From positions 49,009 through 113,008 of the forward strand of contig CAZCSF010000004.1 of assembly GCA_964501295.1 (NCBI GenBank): DNA of 64,000 bases. The letters are read 5' to 3'. Positions 46,765 to 55,999 of the stretch are shown piece by piece. The stretch's first letter is position 1, and every line of letters begins with the position of its first letter. The notes below the pieces were generated by a model, which saw nothing but the letters and a program-made list of their open reading frames with translations, had not been told where the DNA came from and ran no database searches. The DNA comes from an uncultured Candidatus Bathyarchaeia archaeon. Lineage in GTDB: Archaea; Thermoproteota; Bathyarchaeia; Bathyarchaeales; Bathycorpusculaceae. The translations under genes were made by a program, and so were the position numbers.

Positions 46765-47382
46765 ATGAACAGCACGAAAAACCATGAAAAACTGAGTATA
46801 CTTAAAATCTCATGGATTAGGTCTTCCATAATTTTGGGATTAGTCCTGCTGACTATAGGCATAGCAGCCATAATCGTTTTAAAAATTGTGGATATAAGCA
46901 GCATGCAGGTTTTTTCAGATGCTAAAAATTTTGTTGAAGAGTACGGTCTTTTAGGCGTTTTCATCGCAACCATAATTGCTGGAACAATAATACCTCTTGG
47001 AAGCCCAGCTCTTGTAGTGGCAGCTGCATCCTTCGGGATAAATCCAATGTCGCTTGCGCTGGTTGCCACAGTTGGATTCACAATAGGGATTTCCATCAAC
47101 TATTTTTTGGCTTACCGTCTTGGAAGACCATACATCATGAAGAAAATGGGAGCAGAAAGAATGGAGGAAGCCACGCTTTTGTGGAGTAAATGGGGTTGGA
47201 TTTTATACGTTTTATTTGGGGTTATTCCCTTTCTACCAGTGGAGTTTCTCGCTTTAATATGTGGGCTGCTGAAAACGCGCGTTGAAACATTCTTAATTTT
47301 GAGTTTTATACCTAGGTTTTTGGTTTTTTCCATTCTCGCATATTTCGGGGAAACCGTCGGCAACTGGATTGGGCTGATTTAG
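46765..47382 (+). CDS. DedA/VTT-domain (YqaA-like) membrane protein
   Basis: 205 aa polytopic protein. IPLGSPALVV...NYFLAYRLGRPY pattern. Confidence 0.55.
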   Translation: MNSTKNHEKLSILKISWIRSSIILGLVLLTIGIAAIIVLKIVDISSMQVFSDAKNFVEEYGLLGVFIATIIAGTIIPLGSPALVVAAASFGINPMSLALVATVGFTIGISINYFLAYRLGRPYIMKKMGAERMEEATLLWSKWGWILYVLFGVIPFLPVEFLALICGLLKTRVETFLILSFIPRFLVFSILAYFGETVGNWIGLI

Positions 47383-47396
47383 AATAGGCTTTCAAG

Positions 47397-47636
47397 CTAT
47401 TTTCTGATGGGAGTTGGAACAGCTATAAGGGTTTGAGTTCGACGCACGCCCTTAATTTTTTGAATCTCCTCGATTATTTTTCCAAGCTCCTCAACTTTTG
47501 CAAACTCAACATAAGCCACAGCGTCGAACTGTCCAGTCACAGCATGCGCCATCTTAACCCCCTCAATTTTAAGCGTGGATTCCGCAACCTCCCATATCAT
47601 GCCTGGTTCAGCATTTATTAAAACATAGGCTTCCAA
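47397..47636 (-). CDS. stand-alone Lrp/AsnC ligand-binding (RAM) domain protein
   Basis: 79 aa. AYVLINAEPG...V.GVKMAHAVTGQFDAVAYVEF pattern. Confidence 0.7.
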   Translation of the reverse strand: MEAYVLINAEPGMIWEVAESTLKIEGVKMAHAVTGQFDAVAYVEFAKVEELGKIIEEIQKIKGVRRTQTLIAVPTPIRK

Positions 47637-47849
47637 CCATCATCCTCCACAAACAATAATTTGCTTATCTCAAATAAAAAACTTGAGAAAATCTTTTCTA
47701 CGTCATCCAAACAGAAGGAAAGCAGTTCTAAAAAAGATAGAGATATTAAAGCAAGCAAGAGAAGCAGCAAGCCTATTAATAAAGGAGATTGAAGGCGGAA
47801 GCGCTAGACTTTAGCAAAGTTTTTCTTGCACTAACCCAGAATTTCTATT

Positions 47850-48176
47850 GTGAAGGCAAGTTTGGCTGAATCAAGTTTCGGCGAGGCATTTTCCGCTGGC
47901 ATGGGCTTGGCTTTAGGCTTATTTATGGCGCAGTCTATGCTTCAAGTTTTTAAACCGCCGGAAAAAGCCGTTAAGCCGGTGATTGTGTGCTTAAAGTGTG
48001 GAAACAGAAACCCTATTGAAAACAAGTTTTGCGGACATTGTGGTCAAGCCTTATACCCGCTGCCACCAGTCAATTGTCCAAAATGCGGTATACCAATGCC
48101 TTCCAACCTTAATTTTTGCTGGAGATGCGGCTCACCGCTGAGAAAAGCTGTTAAAACTGGAAAAAAGAGGAAGTAG
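47850..48176 (+). CDS. membrane-associated double zinc-ribbon protein
   Basis: 108 aa. Hydrophobic N-terminus, CLKCGNRNPIENKFCGHCG, and CPKCGIPMPSNLNFCWRCG. Confidence 0.5.
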   Translation: MKASLAESSFGEAFSAGMGLALGLFMAQSMLQVFKPPEKAVKPVIVCLKCGNRNPIENKFCGHCGQALYPLPPVNCPKCGIPMPSNLNFCWRCGSPLRKAVKTGKKRK

Positions 48177-48182
48177 TAGGTT

Positions 48183-49265
48183 TTAACCCAGTTTTTCTCC
48201 GCAGTTGCCGCAGAACTTTGTTCCAGGCGGATTCTTTGTACCACATTTGGGGCATGTGATTTCCGCGCTGGTTTGTGGTGTTAATGGCGAGCCGCAGTTT
48301 CCACAGAACTTCATTCCAGCAGGGTTTTCAGCTCCACAGTTTGGACACTTAACCTTTGCTGGCGGCGCTAGGCTTGAGCCGCATTGACCGCAGAATTTCA
48401 TGCCCGCCGGGTTTTTGGCTCCACAGTTTGGGCATACAATTAGCTGCTGGGCTTGGGCTGCTTGAGCTTGCTGCATCTGCTGCGCCATAAGAAACGGCAT
48501 TGTTAAGCCTACACCAGCGCCTACACCAGCGGCTGCTGCGCCACCGCCTTCGCCTCCTTTAAGTTCTCCAGCCGTCTCCTTCATATACTGCATCATCATG
48601 GCTTGGGCGCCTATACCAGAAGCGAAACGCCTAGCCTCTTCTGGTATGTTTATGCCTTCAAAGACGCAGTCTATCACCTTCAAGCCGACTCTTGCTGCTT
48701 CGTCGCTGATTTTTAGGGAAACCTTGTCCGTGGTGGCATCCGCGTTTTTCACAACTTCAAATATGTCGTGATGCCCAAACTCGCTTATTATGCGCTCGTT
48801 TATAAAACCTCTAATGTAATTTTCCACGTCCCGCGAAGAGCTTGCGCCGCGGTTGCCAAAAAATTCCACAACAAAAAGCTTGGGGTCTTCAACCTTATAG
48901 AGCAAGTAACCGTAAAATCCTATTTCAGCTTGATATTTTATGTCACCGCTTGGCGCGGAATAGGCTTTTCCTCCGAAGTTCGCCCGGAACTGGCTGTTGC
49001 TTACAAAGACAACTTCACAGTCGAATATGTTGGCTATAATGCCTAAAGCCTTCAGGGCGCCAGTTAAAAGTGGAATATTGTTGCTTGTTATAGTGTGTCT
49101 TCCAGGTCCGAAAACATCGTAGGCTTTGCCGTCGCGGAAGAAGACTGCCCACTGGTTTTCCATAACTATTACTTGACTGCCATATTTCAAGGTTAGTTTA
49201 GGAAACCTATAAGCTATGTCTTCTGGTTTTGCATTGTCCCATGCAACTCTTTCAATTATTGGCAT
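48183..49265 (-). CDS. SPFH-domain protein with a C-terminal triple zinc-ribbon array (COG4260/YdjI-like)
   Basis: 360 aa. N-terminal SPFH-like domain, a Gly/Ala/Gln linker, then three repeats CP(N/K)CG(A/T)(K/E)NP(A/P)G(M/T)KFCG(Q/N)CG. Confidence 0.65.
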   Translation of the reverse strand: MPIIERVAWDNAKPEDIAYRFPKLTLKYGSQVIVMENQWAVFFRDGKAYDVFGPGRHTITSNNIPLLTGALKALGIIANIFDCEVVFVSNSQFRANFGGKAYSAPSGDIKYQAEIGFYGYLLYKVEDPKLFVVEFFGNRGASSSRDVENYIRGFINERIISEFGHHDIFEVVKNADATTDKVSLKISDEAARVGLKVIDCVFEGINIPEEARRFASGIGAQAMMMQYMKETAGELKGGEGGGAAAAGVGAGVGLTMPFLMAQQMQQAQAAQAQQLIVCPNCGAKNPAGMKFCGQCGSSLAPPAKVKCPNCGAENPAGMKFCGNCGSPLTPQTSAEITCPKCGTKNPPGTKFCGNCGEKLG

Positions 49266-49269
49266 TCAA

Positions 49270-49797
49270 TTAAACCTCCATAAGTCTAAACTGTTTTTCA
49301 CGCTCATCCCATTTAGATTCAAAACCAAGTATTAAGGATTTAATGTTTCGAGCTTTCGCCGCAGCATCCGCCCAGTTTCCAGCTTGAGTTTCATTGTAAA
49401 AGTCAGCGATAGCCTTCACAATCCCTTGAATATCATCGCTTAAAGCCCTATCATAGTTTAAGACTCTGGCTATTTCAGTTTCACGTATGCGTCCCTTACG
49501 ATCCATCAAACCCGCATAACCATAATCAGCACGGTGAACCTTTTCACCAACACGGTCAATTATCTGAATAACCTTTTTGAAGTCGTCTGTAGCTTTTCCA
49601 GCGTTCAAAGCTGACAGGTAAATTTCTTCCCATTTGTGGCGTAGACTTTTGAAATCCGCATAATAAAAGTCTCTAAGCTTTTTGTCTAACTCCCGCAAGT
49701 CCTCTTTTGTAACATATCCCAACCCGAAAAGATTCTGGATTTTCGCTAAAAGCCCTTGGCGGTCTTTCACTTTTTCTATTGTTTCCTTTTCCGACAT
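49270..49797 (-). CDS. helical hypothetical protein co-transcribed with the SPFH/zinc-ribbon gene
   Basis: 175 aa, charged and helical. A 4-nt gap separates it from the downstream SPFH gene. Confidence 0.45.
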   Translation of the reverse strand: MSEKETIEKVKDRQGLLAKIQNLFGLGYVTKEDLRELDKKLRDFYYADFKSLRHKWEEIYLSALNAGKATDDFKKVIQIIDRVGEKVHRADYGYAGLMDRKGRIRETEIARVLNYDRALSDDIQGIVKAIADFYNETQAGNWADAAAKARNIKSLILGFESKWDEREKQFRLMEV

Positions 49798-49935
49798 TCC
49801 AAATCCTCTAATTGGTTAAAGTAGTGCGGTTCTCTCACCTAAACTTTACCCTCTTCGACAAGGAAAACTTGAAGCTTATAGTATTACAGAAAACTTAAAT
49901 AGAATACTTTCATTAAAAAAGTATGGCGAAACGAC

Positions 49936-50175
49936 TTGGGTTATACCATAACCGAAAAAGGTACGGTAACGATCCCTTCTGAGATTAGGAAGAAATATGG
50001 GTTAAAAAAGGGCTCCATCGTGGAGTTTATTGAAACAGATGAGGGAATACTGATGGTTCCTGTTGTCCCCTTCGAGGACCTTTTCGGGGTAGACAAAGCC
50101 TCTAAAGAAAAAGTTTACCAGATTATAAGAGAACTGCATGAGGAGAGAAGGAGAGAAGCCTCTGAAGAAGAATAA
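49936..50175 (+). CDS. AbrB/SpoVT-family antitoxin (VapB-like)
   Basis: 79 aa. EKGTVTIPSEIRKKYGLKKGSIVEFIE swapped-hairpin motif. Non-ATG start. Confidence 0.7.
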   Translation: MGYTITEKGTVTIPSEIRKKYGLKKGSIVEFIETDEGILMVPVVPFEDLFGVDKASKEKVYQIIRELHEERRREASEEE

Positions 50176-50569
50176 GCTTGTTTTTGACACCGGACCTTTA
50201 TTCCTTTACTTTGCCGAGGACTTGCACGTTAAAGAAGTACTTGATGAAGTGGTTGCTGGAAAGGCTGAAGGCTTTACCTGCGAAACTAACATTGCAGAGT
50301 TGTACTATAAGACGTGCGAAAAGTTTGGACGCGACGTGGCTGAAGTTAGGCAGCTTTCCATAAGACATTCAAAGATTTCAATTCTGCCAATAGATGAAAG
50401 TTTAACACGCACTGCCGGAAGCTTGAAATGCACTCATCGGGGCAAACTTTCACTTGTGGATGCCTACATACTGGCGGCTGTGAAAATGCTTGAAGGAACA
50501 CTGATAACGACGGATCCAAGGCTTAAGGAACTAAAAATAGTGCCAACCAAACTGATCAAAATTCCATAG
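50138..50569 (+). CDS. PIN-domain ribonuclease, VapC-like toxin
   Basis: LVFDTGPL, ETNIAELYY, LSLVDAYILAA, LITTDPRL. The true start is probably downstream of 50138, near the antitoxin stop. Confidence 0.7.
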   Translation: MRREGEKPLKKNKLVFDTGPLFLYFAEDLHVKEVLDEVVAGKAEGFTCETNIAELYYKTCEKFGRDVAEVRQLSIRHSKISILPIDESLTRTAGSLKCTHRGKLSLVDAYILAAVKMLEGTLITTDPRLKELKIVPTKLIKIP

Positions 50570-50599
50570 CCGAAAATCAAGTAAACGCCCTCTTGGAGG

Positions 50600-51298
50600 C
50601 TACTTTAAAATTAGTGGGTAAACCTCTTTTGTGACGTATTCGAGATATTTCTCCTTGTCTGTTAGGTTGAATATGGTTACTGAGGCGTCACGGGTTACGC
50701 CCACCACGTAACCGTATTCTTTGGATCTTGCAACAACATACCATAAATCGCCGTGTTTGCAGTAGTCTTCGAAAATCGAAGTGTTTATCAAGTCTGGTCC
50801 ATAAAGCGAAAGCTTATTCACGTTTGGAATGTCAACATTATCGAAAAACGTGATTTTCGTGTCCTCCGGATTTTTTAGGTGAAACTCTCTTAGGGTTTCT
50901 GGTGGGATGCGGGCTTCCACTATGCCGCCTACTCGGTCGAAGAGGATTTCGCTGAGTTTGTTGGCTATGAAGTTGGCTAAGCGTTTCTTCTCAACAACAG
51001 TCAAAAATGTGGAGTCTTCCCGCTGAGCAAAGCTGAAGAGGGCTTCAATGGTGCGGGGCAAAGGCGCGACTTTGCCTCTATGAAAAACGTGAATCACATA
51101 ATCGTGGGAGTAAACACCTTTAAGCATGTTTTCTTCGGGTTTTGGCAAAAGACCAACAACTTCTGTTACAAGCGTAAACTTGTAGTCGCCCTCCTCATAA
51201 GGTTCTTCAGTGCGGTAGCCCTCAAGCCTAGAAGCAATCTCGTCCAAAGAAAGGGTTTCTGAAAGTCGGAAAACCTTACCAGCAACAACCATCGACAA
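50600..51298 (-). CDS. hypothetical protein (orphan)
   Basis: 232-aa ORF with globular-looking composition. No motif recognised. Confidence 0.4.
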   Translation of the reverse strand: MSMVVAGKVFRLSETLSLDEIASRLEGYRTEEPYEEGDYKFTLVTEVVGLLPKPEENMLKGVYSHDYVIHVFHRGKVAPLPRTIEALFSFAQREDSTFLTVVEKKRLANFIANKLSEILFDRVGGIVEARIPPETLREFHLKNPEDTKITFFDNVDIPNVNKLSLYGPDLINTSIFEDYCKHGDLWYVVARSKEYGYVVGVTRDASVTIFNLTDKEKYLEYVTKEVYPLILK

Positions 51299-51381
51299 TC
51301 GCCAACAAGTATTGTAAAAGGCTTAAAACTAAAAGTTTTGCGTCTGCCCCGCGCCTAAGACAATGGTTGAGACACGAACTG

Positions 51382-51684
51382 TTAAGCCTTTATGGTCCAA
51401 GTTCTGTATTGCAAGTAAATACCGATTAGGGCGAAAACGCCGCCCAAAACCATCAACAGCCCGCCAGCACCGTGCACAATGCTGTTTCCTAGGTTTAAAA
51501 GATAATGGATTGAAAACAGCGAAGCCCCAAAAGCCAGTGCAAAGACTCCAAGGGCTACGAAAACCCAGGGTTTCTCCATGATGCCGCCTTTAAAAACGAG
51601 AAGCAGACGAGCTGTAAAATAAACCAAAAACGCGTTAACAACAAGTGCAACGACGCTTATAATTATGTGAAACATACTTTTCAC
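51382..51684 (-). CDS. small three-TM membrane protein
   Basis: 100 aa with three hydrophobic helices. Confidence 0.4.
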   Translation of the reverse strand: MKSMFHIIISVVALVVNAFLVYFTARLLLVFKGGIMEKPWVFVALGVFALAFGASLFSIHYLLNLGNSIVHGAGGLLMVLGGVFALIGIYLQYRTWTIKA

Positions 51685-51821
51685 CAGTTATTGCCATTTG
51701 CATTACTAATCAGAACTCGAATATCGTAGATGCTATGCTACATTATTAGGGTTATGAAGCAAAAATCCATACGCCAAAATCATGTTCCCGAAGGGTTTGA
51801 CGAATTTCAGTTTTGGTTATG

Positions 51822-52226
51822 TTACCTTCTTCTCTTTTTCTCCGCAGTTTTTCGATCCATTTCCTTCATGTCTTTAATCATTTTATGGAAAAGGCTGTCC
51901 CCACTCCATAAAGAGAAACCGTCCTGTAAAGCCTTTTTGTGGGCTTCGTCGTTGCTGAATCCATTTGCCCGATAATATATTTCCCTTAACTCGTGAAAAA
52001 CTATGTACTTCTCATAAGGCCGCCACATTTCAGAAATCCATATTTCATTCAACGGGATGTTAAGCTCTTTTGCTGCGTTTGTTGCAACATGTTTGTTTTC
52101 GAAAATGACATTGTACGTTGCGTTGTAGTCTTCTAAGAGTTCATGTGGAACGTAACGAATCTTATAGACATGCTCGGCAAATAATCTTATAGTCTCTTCG
52201 TAAAGGCTTTTCTTATAGGGTCTCAT
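51822..52226 (-). CDS. hypothetical protein (orphan)
   Basis: 134 aa. Contains FHELREIYY...DEAH. Basic tail KKRRR. Confidence 0.35.
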   Translation of the reverse strand: MRPYKKSLYEETIRLFAEHVYKIRYVPHELLEDYNATYNVIFENKHVATNAAKELNIPLNEIWISEMWRPYEKYIVFHELREIYYRANGFSNDEAHKKALQDGFSLWSGDSLFHKMIKDMKEMDRKTAEKKRRR

Positions 52227-52348
52227 GCTGTAAATTCGCCAAGGTTTTTATGCAAAAAGAAAGTTTAAATCTTCCTTTGCGACTCCCAACAACACACAAG
52301 CTTATGAATGCTTATATCATTCTTTTAACCTAAAAGTTTAGAACAGTC

Positions 52349-52903
52349 ATGAGCTATATACCGGAACAGGTTAAGCTTTGCTTAAGGGATTTAACTGAAA
52401 GATTAGAAAGGCGTAGGATAAGGTATGTGGTTATAGGGGCTATTCCAGTGCATTTTTATGGTAGACCTAGAACTTCGGCGGATATAGACATTGTGCTTGT
52501 TTCACATGTTTCTAAGGAGAAACTTCAGAAAGCCTTAGCTGATAGGTACACTTTGTATTATAACGGAAAAACCGTGATGAAATTTATTGACGGAGCAACG
52601 AGAACAGGGGTGGATATTCTTCTCTCTTTAAGCATCGCTGGATTAAGTCAAGAATCCTTAAAAAAGCTTAGAAGGGTGGAGGTTGATGATGTGGCAATAA
52701 CCATTCCATGCCCAGAAGACTATATAATAACCAAGTTGAAAGCTAGAAGACCAGACACCTTTGACTTTTCAGATGTTATGTCCGTGCTTTTAAACATGCG
52801 GGAAGAAATAGACTGGAACTACTTGATGAAAAGGGCCGAGGAAGAGGGGTTGGCACATCTCATAAAATATTATAAAGAGGGGTTGAAATGGAAAACCGGT
52901 TGA
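52349..52903 (+). CDS. nucleotidyltransferase-fold (pol-beta-like) protein
   Basis: 184 aa. VVIGAIPVHFYGRPRTSADIDIVL fits the G-x(n)-D-x-D minimal NTase pattern. Confidence 0.5.
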   Translation: MSYIPEQVKLCLRDLTERLERRRIRYVVIGAIPVHFYGRPRTSADIDIVLVSHVSKEKLQKALADRYTLYYNGKTVMKFIDGATRTGVDILLSLSIAGLSQESLKKLRRVEVDDVAITIPCPEDYIITKLKARRPDTFDFSDVMSVLLNMREEIDWNYLMKRAEEEGLAHLIKYYKEGLKWKTG

Positions 52904-53133
52904 AGTCGCCGATTTACAAAAATGGAATACTATTCTGCCCGTACTGCCGCTCTCCGCTCCTAACCATCGAAGAAACACATTTTAAGTTTAAGTGCGCCGT
53001 GTGCCAAAAGCCCCTTGGAAAACTTACCATAGCAACTTTGAAGAAAATGTTTAACGATTTCCCAAAAGAGCTAGCTAAAGAATGGATGTTGGAAATGGAG
53101 GCATGGAAAAAGCTTAGCCTTAACAAATTTTAA
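52888..53133 (+). CDS. small zinc-ribbon protein
   Basis: 81 aa. CPYCRSPL...CAVCQKPL. Overlaps the NTase-fold gene by 16 nt. Confidence 0.4.
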   Translation: MENRLKSPIYKNGILFCPYCRSPLLTIEETHFKFKCAVCQKPLGKLTIATLKKMFNDFPKELAKEWMLEMEAWKKLSLNKF

Positions 53134-53219
53134 CCATTCAAAAATTTGTTAAAATAGAGGTAGGTTTTGGTCTGTGTTTGCCTAATTGTTTTAATAAGAG
53201 TTTTTAACCTCTTTTAATA

Positions 53220-55175
53220 TTGCATACAGAAACACCAGAGGCACGAAAACCAGTGTTAATTCAAGAGGTGATCCTTGAAAACTTCATGAGCTACGAGTAT
53301 GCTAGGGTACCCTTTAAATCTGGCGTAAACGTTGTTTGCGGTCCCAACGGTGCTGGAAAGTCTTCGCTTTTGTTGGCTATTTCCGTAGCCCTTGGGCAGT
53401 CTTACACTGAGCGTTCCAGAAAGCTCAGCGATTTAATTCGTTGGGGCAAAGACCAGGCGCGTATTACGCTTATACTGGATAACACTAAAAAAGGCGGAAA
53501 ACGTCCAGTTGCAAGGTTTAACAAGGACCAGATTTTTCTCACGCGGGTTTTGAGGCGGGACGGCAAATATTGGTTTGAACTTGAGAATCGGGCTGCTACG
53601 AAACAGGATGTGGAAAGGCTTTTGGCTAAGCTGGGCGTTGACCCGGATAACATGCTTATTATCATGCATCAGAACATGGTGGAACAGTTTACAGTGCTTT
53701 CGCCGCAGGAAAAACTGCGGATGGTTGAGGCTGCTGTAGGGTTGGAGCCTTATCGCGAAAACGTGCTTCAAGCCCAGAAAAAGCTTACACGAATATTAAG
53801 CCAAGAAGAGTCTATAAGCAAGCTTTTGGAGTCGGCGGAGCAGACGCTCAACTATTGGAGAGAACAGTACGATAGATTTCAAGAGAAGAAGCAGTTGATG
53901 GCGAAGAGGCGGTTTCTTGAGCGGGAACTTGCATGGGCAGAGGTTAACCGAAGAGAAGGCATAGTTAAAGAGTTGGAGGCAAACCGTGAAAAGGAGCTAG
54001 CCCTTTTAAGGCAAATTGAGGGCGAGGCAAAAACAGCAGAGGAACATCTTCAAACGCAACAAAGCCAGCTTGAAAAGCTAAAAGGCGAATGGAAGAGAAG
54101 CCTCGATGAGACTATAAGCCTTGAAAGGGAAAAGGCTGGAAGCCAAGCAACAATTTCGCTTTGTGAACCACTGCTTGTAGAAGCAGCCTTTCTAGAAAAC
54201 GAAGCCCATAGCAGTGAACACCATTTGAAACTCTTGAAAACTGAAAGTTTAAAGTGGCTTATAGAAAGTTCAAGGCAGAAAATTTCAAAGCTTGATGAAG
54301 AGCTCAACAGAAAGCTGTCAGAAACAAGGGTTTTTGAAGAGCAAATCGAGAAGGTTAGAAGCCAAATCCTCGGCACGCGCGTTAAACTTGCGCTGCTCCA
54401 GTACCGAATGGAAAACGCTAAAGCCAATATTGAAAGGCTGGAAAGAGAACTAAACGATGCTAAAGCCCAGATGGACACGGCTATAAAAAGGGCTGAGGAA
54501 ACTGGTCCAAGAATCGCTGTTATAAAAAATGTCGGCGAAATTTTAGATGAAATCCGCGTGACAGATGGGCATTTAGCTGCTTTGGCTGGCGTCTCCGAAG
54601 ATGTGGAACGCATGTACGAGTCGTATTCAAAACTTTACCTAGAACTAAAAGAGAAGGCACAGCTTGTGGCTGAAAACCGTGAAAAAGCCTTGGAAGAAGT
54701 TAAGGCGCGCATGCAAGCATGGCGAACAGTGATCCAAAGCCTCCTAGACCGTGTAAACCCAGAGTATCAGAAAATCCTAGCGCAGTCTCAGGCGGTTGGT
54801 GAAGTTAGGCTTGTAAATGAGCACGATATTGAGGCGGCTGGACTTGAAATCCTCGTAGGCTTTAAAGGTGGAAAACCAGTTCCGTTAAACGCTTACACGC
54901 AAAGCGGAGGAGAAAGGACGACAGCAACAATGAGTTTTCTGCTGGCTTTGCAACAGCATGTACGCTCGCCCTTCCGTGCAGTAGATGAATATGATGTGCA
55001 CATGGATCCGAAAAACCGTGAAGTGATAGCGCAGATGCTGATTTCAACTGTTAAAAACGCTAACGCCCAGTATGTTGTTATAACCCCAAGCCAAGTAACA
55101 TTCACAGAAGACAAGGTTAACATAATCACCGTCCAGAACATTGAAGGGAAATCCATAATCAAAGAGGTTGCCTAA
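53220..55175 (+). CDS. short SMC-family ATPase with SMC5/6-like head motifs and no recognisable hinge
   Basis: 651 aa. N-head VILENFMSYEYARVPFKSGVNVVCGPNGAGKSSLLLAISVALG. About 330 aa of heptad-rich coiled coil. C-head signature QSGGERTTATMSFLLALQ and Walker B FRAVDEYDVHMD. TTG start is provisional. Confidence 0.75.
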   Translation: MHTETPEARKPVLIQEVILENFMSYEYARVPFKSGVNVVCGPNGAGKSSLLLAISVALGQSYTERSRKLSDLIRWGKDQARITLILDNTKKGGKRPVARFNKDQIFLTRVLRRDGKYWFELENRAATKQDVERLLAKLGVDPDNMLIIMHQNMVEQFTVLSPQEKLRMVEAAVGLEPYRENVLQAQKKLTRILSQEESISKLLESAEQTLNYWREQYDRFQEKKQLMAKRRFLERELAWAEVNRREGIVKELEANREKELALLRQIEGEAKTAEEHLQTQQSQLEKLKGEWKRSLDETISLEREKAGSQATISLCEPLLVEAAFLENEAHSSEHHLKLLKTESLKWLIESSRQKISKLDEELNRKLSETRVFEEQIEKVRSQILGTRVKLALLQYRMENAKANIERLERELNDAKAQMDTAIKRAEETGPRIAVIKNVGEILDEIRVTDGHLAALAGVSEDVERMYESYSKLYLELKEKAQLVAENREKALEEVKARMQAWRTVIQSLLDRVNPEYQKILAQSQAVGEVRLVNEHDIEAAGLEILVGFKGGKPVPLNAYTQSGGERTTATMSFLLALQQHVRSPFRAVDEYDVHMDPKNREVIAQMLISTVKNANAQYVVITPSQVTFTEDKVNIITVQNIEGKSIIKEVA

Positions 55176-55999
55176 TGCAGTCGAAAAGGGAACACGTTAA
55201 GATTGGAAGAGAAAAGCTTCAGCGCATAATTGAGATGTGCAGGTCTGTTGAAGAGCGCTCCCTAGATCCTTTCCTAATAGACGTTGACGAAATCATTAAA
55301 GTTGTAAGGGAATTTTTCCCAGAATGGGAGCAACCCGAAGACTTATGCTTGGATGCTGAAACAATAAACCGCCTAGCCTCTGTTATAAGGCTTCAAAGTG
55401 AATGGGTTAAACACCGTTCAACATCCCTCTACACAGACCCTTTCCTCCTAGAAGAGAAACTTAGGCGTTTAGGAAAGGAGGAAATGGTGGAAGCCTTTCT
55501 TCAGACTTGGCATCCAATAGTTGAAATGGAGCAAATTTCCATCCACAGTTTGAAAGAAGCAACCCGCTACTGGGAAAGCCTTCCGCCGTTGAAAGAGCGA
55601 TGGAAGGAGTTTCCCATACCAGAGGAAGGAGCTGGAGCTGCCACCCGTGAAGAGCTGATTAGGCAGAGAATCCTCCGCGATAAAGCCTTCACAGAGGAGC
55701 TTGAAAACTTCTGGAATGAACTGAAAAGACTGGTAAAGGAAGAGGGAGAAAGCGGAAAGATTCAGTATTGGGATTTCGTTGGCGCAGAAACCTACGAAGA
55801 AACAGTCTACAGAGCCTTTATGACAAGCTTTCTCGTCACATATGGCTACGCAACTCTTGAAATTCACCCTTTGGAAGAGGAAATCCACATTAGACCCTAT
55901 GAAAAACAGCAGAGGAAAATAGCTAAAAAACAGCTGGTTTCGGTGCCAATAGCCATAACCTTTGAAGAATGGGAGAAATGGAGAAAGGAGCACGCTTAA
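55175..55999 (+). CDS. kleisin-like protein (ScpA/Nse4-like)
   Basis: 274 aa. The ATG overlaps the SMC-like stop (TAATG). The C-terminus ETVYRAFMTSFLVTYGYATLEIHPLEEEIHIRPY resembles the ScpA winged-helix tail. Confidence 0.5.
   Translation: MQSKREHVKIGREKLQRIIEMCRSVEERSLDPFLIDVDEIIKVVREFFPEWEQPEDLCLDAETINRLASVIRLQSEWVKHRSTSLYTDPFLLEEKLRRLGKEEMVEAFLQTWHPIVEMEQISIHSLKEATRYWESLPPLKERWKEFPIPEEGAGAATREELIRQRILRDKAFTEELENFWNELKRLVKEEGESGKIQYWDFVGAETYEETVYRAFMTSFLVTYGYATLEIHPLEEEIHIRPYEKQQRKIAKKQLVSVPIAITFEEWEKWRKEHA

Noticed and set aside
49798-50700. Looked for flanking direct repeats around the second VapBC cassette, as seen at the other two TA loci
   Set aside because: Only a ~10-nt weak similarity was found (ccctcttNga on both sides), which is indistinguishable from chance by eye.
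54050-54613. 187-aa minus-strand ORF inside the SMC-like gene; also 200 aa at 55469-56071 and 89 aa at 54893-55162
   Set aside because: These are shadow ORFs opposite the coiled-coil-encoding, purine-rich sense strand. The composition is Ser/Phe/Leu-rich and there are no motifs.
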